The translations under genes and the position numbers were made by a program. A stretch of DNA of 64,000 bases from Eledone cirrhosa (taxonomy: Eukaryota): contig OZ024740.1 of NCBI GenBank assembly GCA_964016885.1, positions 165,292,001 to 165,356,000 on the forward strand. Direction: 5' to 3'. Shown in pieces: positions 54,710-64,000 of this stretch. The notes beneath the pieces were generated by a model. It was not told the origin of the DNA. It saw only the letters and a program-made list of their open reading frames with translations, and searched no databases. Position 1 is the stretch's first letter. The number at the start of each line of letters is the position of its first letter.

Positions 54710-55396
54710 TTAGCGTTCCTGAATGCGTTATATGAACATTTCAAAGTTTCCACCGGTCAGAATGGTCATATTATTGGCATATTGTTCACGTGCTTAGAAT
54801 TACTCGTAAAGTATCACTGGAGTGGTAGATCATTGATGTTTGAAAAAATGTTCCCAAAAGTTGAATTATGACAATAAGTATAATTAGTTTCCCGTATGCT
54901 GTATCTGTATAGTTATTTTTAGTAGACCCACCATAGTAGCTAGTTTGTGTGGACTTCTATATAGGATTGCAGAGGTATTGACTAATGTAGTCTCATCTAC
55001 TTCCTTTTATTGTGTGAGCACGCGGGTAACAAAAATAATATATTTCATGAATCGACGCTAAAACTAGGTCAGTTGAGATTCAAACAGAAGATCAATAATG
55101 CACAGATGAGAGATTGGGGTTAAGAGTTCGCATTTCATGTTACAATAGCTTTACAGCAGTTCGCAAAGGATGTAATATGATAACAGGATACATAATTTTT
55201 CATAATGCTTAAAAGGTTTGGGATCAGAAACTATAAGTCAAAGGTGATTCTCATATTGAGGGCTATTTCTGAAAAATTTCGAAGCAACATTTATATTGTG
55301 TGCATCACGTATTTTTTTATTGTTTATAAATAATTTCATCATTAATATAGATATATCGATTCCTATACGTAATGTACGATGACGACAATAACAACA

Positions 55397-55446
<50 letters not shown>

Positions 55447-55447
<1 letters not shown>

Positions 55448-55562
55448 TTGGAACAGCAAGAACCCTCCGATACGTCCTGAATATCTGAGGCTGCAGGTAG
55501 TGGCTTGATATTCAATCCAACGGACTTTCCAGTTAACCAACATCAATGACTGAGATTCAAGG
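55447..55562 (+). mobile_element. R4/Dong-like non-LTR element 3' stub inside (TAA)n
   Basis: att gga aca gca aga acc ctc cga tac gtc ctg aat atc tga = IGTARTLRYVLNI*, resembling the R4-clade terminal LGTARILRxVL; (TAA)n on both sides. Confidence 0.65.
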
Positions 55563-55574
55563 AATAACAATAAC

Positions 55575-55616
<42 letters not shown>

Positions 55617-55631
55617 GATAATAATAATAAT

Positions 55632-58600
55632 GATTTCTTTATTAACCACAAGGGTTTACATAAAGTAGACATTAAGGACAGTACAGGACAATACAGGGCG
55701 GTACAAATGAGCATTTCTGTGTGTAAAAAACAAGAAATAGAGGTTGTAATAATAGAACAATGAAAAAAATTCCTCAATAGGTGGAGACTTCCGAGAGACA
55801 TTCGTGGAGAAAGCCCATTAAAAAGCCACAGTGACCCTGACCACCAGGGCAAGTGCCCTCTCCCAGTTACCACCTTTAATTTACAGACACATACTCAGAG
55901 TAGGCCCATTCACTCGGGCCATTCTTGCCTCTCTCACCCATCTTTCAACAAAATGCTGGGAAGAGAGCACTTCCCTTTCTACTCTGATTTTCCATTTCAA
56001 ATCAAATTTGAAAAAGTTAATCAGGGCATCACCGAAGAGGTAAGTGCTCGTCTTCAGCCCTTTAAAACGTGTCCACCATACTATCTCTTTCGCCATGGCT
56101 ACCAGACAGATAAAAACTGCCTGCCCTTCTCGGCTAAAGGAAGAGGGCAGGGAAATCCTCACGATGGACTCAGCTGATAGCTGGATCCGTCCCACACGCG
56201 ACAGCAGGTGTTCGACATAAACCTACAAGTCAGCAATGCTCGGACACTGGACGAGTACGTGCAGGACGGTTTCTTCGGCCTGCGCGCATCTCGGACATGC
56301 CCGGCTGACGGCACCTCCATGCCTGTAGAATTTATCCCGAACTGGCAAAGCTCCTCGGTAGCACTGCCAGGCCAGGGATTATGGAAGTTGTCCATAGGCC
56401 CCGGCCCGAAAGTCCTTCCGAAGAGATTGGCTAGTTGATTTTCGCCGATGCTTAGAGTTTCTCCAAGGACGTCGTCGCTCTTCCCCTCCACTAATCCTCT
56501 ATAGAACGCCAAGGTGGAGTTTCCACCGATCACATTGCCCGATTGGTCGAGGGCTGTGAGCGCCTGAAGACATTCCAGTCTCCAAGCGCTCCCTCTCGGT
56601 CTTCGCTTGACCCAGGACTGCAGCTCCGTCAAGGAGACGAGCTGGGGAAAGACGTGTCTAGCAAACGGCGACCACACCTGATCACCGTCGAGGAAGAGGT
56701 GGAGATGTCGTAGCCTGAGCGCGTGTCTGCGCATCATCAGCAAACGGCATGCCCAGCCCTCCACGTAGCGGGTGTTGACAGCAGATGGACCGCCTGACCA
56801 TCGGAGCGCGTCCCTTCAAAAAAAGCGAAAGAGCAAACGCTCCAGTGCAGTCAGGCGGGGCTTAGGACAAGGTACGACGGTCAAGCGGTAGTAGATGACG
56901 GAAGCGATATACGCGTTAGCCACCTCCGCTCGACCTTTCAAGGATAGCTTCCTCTCGACCCATTTCTGGGTGAGAGAAGCCACCCTGCTCGTCACCTCGT
57001 CCCAGTTTTTGTCCGTCTGGAGATCCGGACCGAACCAGACCCCGAGCAATTTAACTGGTCCGTCCGTCCAGCGCCCGACGACGCTGTTGGACGGCATGGA
57101 CCTGCCTCTCGAGGTGCCGAGCTGCAGGCCCACTGACTTTACCTGGTTGATCATTGCTCCTGTCACCGCTTCGTATTCTCTTAGTGTAGTGCCGATCGCC
57201 TCGATGTGTTTGGCGTTCGACACCACTACGGTGACATCGTCCGCATATGCTGACACGGATCTTCCGCATCCTAGTTCGCGCGGGACCCCCCTCAACGTCT
57301 CTAGTTTGTGCAGTAATGGTTCGAGAGTCAATACGTACAAGAGGGACGAGAGGGGACATCCTTGGAGGACCTATCGCCTGATGTTGAACGGTTCCGAAAG
57401 GTGGCCGTTCACTCTCACCACAGAGCAGATATCGCTGTGCATGGCAGCGATCCAGCCTCTGAAGACGGGCCCAAAACCAGTCGCCCTCAGGACTGCCGCT
57501 GGGTATGGATGGTCGACCCTATCGAAAGCTTTCGACTCATCTAAATTGATCAAGGACCCACCCGTGCCAGGTTCACTAGCTACCCTCTCTACGATGTATC
57601 GCATGAGGTGGATGTTGTCGTGGCTGGATCTTTAGGGAATTGCGCATGTCTGCGCCTCTCACACCAGACCACCAACGACAAGCGCCAACCTATTTGCTAG
57701 CACCTTGGCCAAAATCTTGAACTCTCTGTTTAGCAGAGTTATGGGCCTAAAATTATCTATGTTATCCCCCTTGTTCGGATCCTTTCTCAGCAGCACCACA
57801 GCTCCTCGGCTCACAGAGCTGGAAATTCTCCCGTTCTGTTGCCAGTTGCAGTAGACGTCCGCCAAGAGGCCTTCGAACAAGTCTGACATCTGTACGTAAA
57901 GTTCATAGGGCAGACCATCCAAACCAGGCGATTTACCCCTTGCGCAGCAAGTCTTTGCCTCTCGTACTTCAGCGGCTGTTATCGGCTTTCGCAACACTTT
58001 CACGGTTCCATACTTCTGCCCACGTCTGACGTGGGGTTTTTTTGCCCACACATGTCCCAAAGCTTTTTGGATTTGGGACTCGGATGCCCGTTCCACTCGG
58101 CGCGATTTTATGTAAATTGTCCGATAAGACACGGTGCATAGGCGACGTTACTCCATTTTATTAGGTGGGGGTTGAGGCTGAACCTGTACCCATCTTTCTT
58201 TACTATTCCTTTGGCTTCTTCTAATTCCTCCTGAGTTACATGGATCGTTTCGCAAGTTTTTGCTACTCTGGCAAAACTCAGGGTAGTTTTCTTAATTTCA
58301 TTGTTGCTGTTGTTGTTATCGTTATTTTTGCTATTGTTAATTTTAGTTTCAGTGGTGTTCGGTGTGGAAGAGTTCATTTTAGTTGAATTCATTTCGATAT
58401 CACGAGTTAATTTATTTTTTGGTGGCTTTATTTTTGGCGGCTTTATTTTTGGCGGCTTTATTTTGGCGGCTTTATTTTTTGGCGGCTTTAACACCTGCAG
58501 TCATTGGTAATGGCGGGAAATGAACGTCTGCCTGAGACAAATTTAAAATATTTCTACTGCTTTCATTTCCAGTGTTGGCAAACGTTGCAATATTTACAAG

Positions 58601-58872
58601 GGTGGTGTCGGTGTGAGGTGTTAGATTGTGAGGTAGTAGTGACTCTGAGTGGGCCATGATTTTTCAAAGAAAAAATTTTGTTTGATAATTATAAAAAGTT
58701 TAAATTTTGGGCTCAAGGCCCCAATATTTTTGAGTGTCCTTTTCAGAAATCAATGTATGTGCACTTATATACAGTTAACAATAAAATATTTCCATAAATG
58801 GCAATTTTAAACAACTGAAAATAACAAACCTTTGCGGAGCTCACGATGAAACGATTTACTACGTAGGTCGCC
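55632..58872 (-). mobile_element. L1/Tx1-type LINE copy C: 5' UTR and ORF1 N-terminus fused directly to RT (ORF1 C-terminus and endonuclease deleted); (AAT)n at both ends
   Basis: ORF 57659-58132 switches from ..RRGQKYGTVKV to RKPITAAEV..GKSPGLDGLPYE; SKAFDRVDH; SAYADDVT; KLSLKGRAEVAN. Confidence 0.92.
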
Positions 58873-58896
58873 AATAATAATAATAATAATAATAAT

Positions 58897-61800
58897 GATT
58901 TCTTTATTGGCCATAAGGGCTGACATCAAGAAAAACATTACAGACGGCACAGGACGGTACAGGACGGTACGATGTGGGTTTTGTGCGTGTAAATGTTTTT
59001 ATTATTTATATAAGAAAAGAAAAAAAAAGGACATAGAAACATATATATATATAAACAATAAAAATGAAAATTGAAACAATGAAAAATTCCCCAATAAGGG
59101 GGAAACCTCCGAGGGTTACTCGTGGCGAAAACCACACAAAAGACCACGGCCTCCCTACCCACCAGGGCAAGCGCCCTCTCTTAATTTTTCCATCTCTCAA
59201 ACTACAGACGTATATTCAGAGCGGTCCCGTTCACTCGGACCATTCTCGCTACATTCACCCACCTTTCAACAAACTTGCTAGAAGGCAGCACTTGCCTCTC
59301 CACCCTGATTTTCCTCTTCAAGTGAAACTTGAAAAAGTTAATTAGGGATTCGCCGAAGCGGAAAGTGTCTGTCTTTAACCCTTTTAACCTTGTCCACCAC
59401 ACAATCTCTTTCGCTATGGCCACCAGGCAGATGAAAACAGCCTGCCCTTCCTCCTCGAAGGAAGACGGCGAAACCATCTGCACAATGGACTCAGTTGACA
59501 ACCGGATCAGTTCCACACGCGACAGCAACTGTTCGACATAGCTCCACAAGTCAGCAATGCTCGGGCACTGAACGAGTGCGTGCACAACGGTTTCGTCGCT
59601 CTGCGCGCATCTCGGACAGTCTCGGCTGACGGCACTTCCGTGCCTGTAGAGCTTATCTCGAACCGGCAGCGCTCCCCGGTAGCACTGCCAGGCCAGGGAT
59701 TTTTGGAAGTTATCCATAGGCCCCGGGCTGAAAGTTCTCCGGAAGAGAGCAAACAGCTGATATTCTTCGACGCCCAGGATCTCTCCGTGAATGTTGTCGC
59801 TCTTCCCCTCCACTAGTCCTCTATAGAACGCCGAGGTGGATGTTCCACCGATACTGGTGCCCAGCTGAGAGAGGGCAGTGTGCGCCTGGAGACATTCCAG
59901 TTTCCAAGCGCTATCCCTCGGTTTTTTTCTGACCCAGGACTGCAGCTCCGTCAAGGAGACGAGCTGTGGGAAATCGTGCCTAGGGAACGGCGACCACACC
60001 CGTTCACCATCAAGGAAGCACCAGAGATGTCGCAGCCTCAGCGCACGTTTGCGCATCATCACCCATGTCATGCCCAGTCCTCCACGCAACGGGTGTTGAC
60101 AGCAGATTGATCGTCTGACCATGGGAGCGCGTCCCTTCCACAAAAAGCGGAAGAGGAGGCGCTCCATTTTGCTGCGATCCAACCCCTGAAAACGGGCCCG
60201 AAACCGGCTGCCTCGAGGACCGCCAGGTTCCTTAACCACCCTCTCTATGATGTATCGCATGATGTGGAGGTTGTCGTGTATGGATCTGTCTGGAATGGCG
60301 CATATCTGCGCCTCTCTCACCAGACCCTTGACGACAAGCGCCAACCTCGTTGCTAAGACCTTGGCCAAAATCTTGAACTATGCGTTTAGCAGGGTTATGG
60401 GCCTGAAATTATCGATAACATCCCACTTGTTCGGGTCTTTTCTAAGCAGCGCCACTGCTCCCCGGCTCACAAAACTGGGAATGCTCCCGTTCTGCTACCA
60501 GTTGCAGTAGACGTCTGCCAAGACGTCACCGAACAAGTCTGGCATAAATGCATAAAGCTCGTAGGGCAGACCATCTAAACCTGGCGATTTACCCCTTGTG
60601 CAGTTAGCCAACGCTTCCCGTATGTCACCGGTGGTTATTGGCTTTTCGTAACACTGTGCTACGGTCGTCGAGAGCCGAGGCAGTCCGTGGAGGTATGCAC
60701 TGAAGTCCATGCCCCGATCCGGGCCGCCGCCGCTCCCGAACAGTTCAGCAAAATGCTGCTGAAAATACTTCCCACATCCGCTCGGGTTCGAGCATCACGC
60801 GCTCGTTTTGGTCAGACAAAGACCGAATTGTGGCTTTGTTGCCACGTCGCGCCTCTGCCAAACGGGCCCATTGGACGGCTTTTGTCCCCTCGTGTTTCAG
60901 AGCACGCGCTCTAGATCTGACAACGCAGCCTTCGTGTTTTGCGTTGAAGAATTGGTCGAGTGCCAATCTCGCCGCAAGCACGTCGGTTGCGATGCCTGTC
61001 CTAAACGCCTCTTCTAGCTTTCTGACTAGCTCTCCTTCTACTCTATTTTCCTCTATCACTACTCCTTTGCTAAACCTAATCGACTCGACTTTAATTGCCC
61101 TTTTCAGGGCGAACGACCACCTGTTGTTGACGTCCGCTCCTGTCAACGCCCGCTTAACTAATCCGGTCTCTGTAGGCTTTGCGCGCTGGGATAGACGCGT
61201 TCAGCTTCCAGTAACCAGGCCATTGTCTATGAAGTCTGTCTATGTCGATTTCACTGATCACAAATTTGTGGTCTGTGTAGTCGACTATTTTAAATTGTGG
61301 ACAACTTATACTAGCCTTATCTAGTTCTCTGCAGAATACCCTATCTAGATACGATCTGGATGACCCGATGCGGTTTGTCCATGTCCACATTGGCACATTC
61401 GGGTGATCCAGTCGATACCTGTCAGACAGTTCAAAACGTCTGAGCAGGTTGGTGAGGCTCTTGCACCCTCCCCCTATCCACTAGCCCCACACGATCCCAG
61501 CGTGCATCCAAAATACCGTTCCAGTCACCCACTAACACTAAAGAGCGGGACGTTCCAAGAAAGGTCTCTAGACGTCTGAAGAAATCTGGCCGTCCTGCCC
61601 CTTTTGGGGCGTAGACGGCTACTAGCCTTAAAGCATTGCCTTCGCTGCCGGTCACGTCCAACACCACCGACTTACCTTCTGGGTCTAGGAAGATGGCCCG
61701 TATCGCGAGATCCAAGCCTCTCCGAAAAAGGACGGCAACCCCTCTCCCCGATCCTGGACGGCAACCCTTCTCCCCGATCCTGGACAGCAACCCCTCTCCC

Positions 61801-64000
61801 CGATCCTGGACGGCTGGGAGATGCGTATACATCGTAGCCGCCGAAGATCGATGCGAAGGCTTGTGCTTCGGAGATTCTGGTTTCACTGATGGCCACCACA
61901 TCTATGTTTAGTGACATGAGGTCGTTGATAAGGTGCCCCTGCTTCCAAGATGACCGCCAGGCCACGTGCATTTTTACTGCCTATTCTGAGTACGGCCATG
62001 TTGAATGAGAAACGGGGCAAGTGAGAAAGGGTCACTTACCTTGATCGTGTGGTGAAGGGACAGTAGAACCGTACCTTTCGCTGGTCATGGGTGTTTCCAA
62101 GAGGATGTCAGTGTATATCCTCTTTGTAACCGACCCTCTGAAATCTCCAACTGCGTTGGGGAATTTTTGTTTTAAAGGTTTGTACTGTTCTATTGAGATT
62201 TCAATCATGCTTATGTTTGTCGGGAGAGTTCTTGGTGTTGGTGGGGTATAGTAGTTTGTTTCTGTAATGTCTGTGTGCTGCTTTATATGTTGTATGAGTT
62301 CTTTTTTTGCCATGTTTATGGCTGTGTACTTTTTGGGGGGAGGGGGGATTTTGTTGCTGTTTTCTTGTTGTTGCTGTTTGTTGTGTGTGTTTTGTTTTGT
62401 TTGCGTTGTTGGTGTTTTTGGTGATGCTGGTGGTGGTGTGGTTGTTGTTGTCAGTGGTGCTTGTGGTGGTGTTGCTGCAAGTTTCCTTGCTGCCTTTACC
62501 CCTCTTTGTATGCCTTCGCTTTTGGAGGGTGAATCTAAGGGTTTTTTTTGTTTTTTGTTTTTTGTGGCAGACCGTTTTCCACTTCATTCCTGCCTCAAAC
62601 CCCATGTCGGATTCCGTGGTTTCTGGGATGGGTTTGTGCTCCACGCCTGTTGGTGGTGGTAGTGGATCCCTCTTCGGCAATTTTGTTGCTAGTGTAGCTA
62701 CTTCAAATGTAGCTATTGGTGTTGCCGCCACTGATGCTGCTGCTTTAGTTGTCCGTGGCCTTGGTACGGGTGCCACGGACGTTGCCTTCCTACTCACCGT
62801 GGAAGGGGCTTCTGCGTTTGTTGCCTGCCCTGCTCTTGGTAGCAGCGGACCACGTATTGGGAGGACAGGGGCCTTCTTCTTCGCTGTCTTCTGCGGGCAA
62901 AAGGCCCTGAGGTGACTCTTCGACCCACAGAGATAACATTTTGGCCATCTTCCTTCTACGCTTATAGGGAGTTGGAGTCCTTCCTCGATGTCTATGATAT
63001 CGGGGATGGCGTCGATACATTCCTGGTCAGTTTGTATAAGCATTTGCATGCCTATACCTGACCAGTTCTCTCTCCCTATTTTCTCTACTTGCAGCATGGT
63101 CGTCCTGTTCTCGATTCCAGCAAGGACAGACGCGGCCAGCCAAGGTATGGGCACGTTGGGTGGGACATGGGTCACTTTGACCTTTACAATGTTCTGCCCG
63201 CAGTAGGAGGGCACCAAGACTATCTCCTCTCTCTTTAGGGTTTCCAAAGAGTGAGAATCTGCTTCCTGTGTGTGTGTATCTGGCGTACTTTCTGCCTCGG
63301 GTGATGTGGGTTTTGCGTACCCAGACGCACCCCAAGGCCTTTGGGATTTGAGCCGCCGTGGCTCTCTCCACCGGATGTGAGATTTTGCTTACGGTGTGGT
63401 AAGTCACCGTCCGTAGCGGCTGGTCCTTGAAAATATCGGGTGGAGATTTCAGGGAGACTCTATTGTTGCTTCTTGTCACCATGGCTCTTGCGACTGCCAT
63501 CTCCTCACCTGTGACTAACACTGTCTCGATATTTCGGGCGACACCTGCAAAAGCAGTGGTCCCTTTTCCCGCAGCACCACTATTGCTGCCGCTACTGGTC
63601 TTACTGGTGGTGCTGAGATCGCTGTTACAGGTATCGGTGTCATTGTTGTTGTTTTCGTTGGTACAGTTGTTGGTGTTGTTGTTGTTGTTGTTGTCGTTGA
63701 TACTGTTGCTGTTGTTACTGTTATTGTGGCTGTTATTATTATTGTTGTTTTTGTTGATACTGTTCCTACTATTATTGTTGTTGTGACTGTTGTTATTGTC
63801 ATTGTTATTGTCGTTCTCGACCTTACCGCTGTTATTTTTGTTATTGTCGTTCTCGACTTTACCGCTGTTATTTCTGTTGTTGTTATTGATAGTGTTGTTG
63901 TTGGTGTTGTTGTTGGTGTTATTGTTGGTGTTGTTTGTGTTAGAAATATTTGGTAATTTTAAATCTGTAACAATCTTCTTTTCCTTTGTAATATTTTCGT
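58897..64000 (-). mobile_element. L1/Tx1-type LINE copy D: ORF1 with CCHC knuckle, APE endonuclease, RT with core deleted, 3' UTR; continues past the window end
   Basis: KCYLCGSKSHLRAFC in ORF 62201-63247; DVVAISET, VAVYAP, VGDWNG, SYLDR, TDHK; RT jumps from GWIAA to KMERLL at ~60167. Confidence 0.92.

Noticed and set aside
61730-61815. Three ~26-bp direct repeats (ggcaacccctctccccgatcctggac)
   Set aside because: Local tandem slippage inside the Tx1 endonuclease; no spacers, not CRISPR.

Overview
AT-rich animal non-coding DNA, almost entirely retroelements and microsatellites. The SINE and microsatellite content resembles an octopod cephalopod (inference, not verified). No confident host gene; there is one weak candidate exon at 52585-52692. 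Contents: (i) Penelope-like elements (PLE; RT + C-terminal GIY-YIG) of two types, including a ~5.9-kb head-to-head palindrome (1830-7694); (ii) four decayed L1/Tx1-type LINE copies next to (GATA)n or (AAT)n; (iii) RTE, CR1-group and R4/Dong-like fragments; (iv) tRNA-derived SINEs; (v) a 2-kb C/A-rich minisatellite. The main signal not shown by the ORF track is more than a dozen type I hammerhead-ribozyme (HHR) motifs from several unrelated families. Many sit in ORF-less ~430-535 bp units arranged as partial tandems. All six inverted pairs with an assignable HHR strand are joined 5'-to-5', with 3' ends pointing outward, usually into (TA)n. Several HHRs carry unusually large stem II inserts. All structures were folded by eye, and boundaries are approximate unless a motif is quoted.
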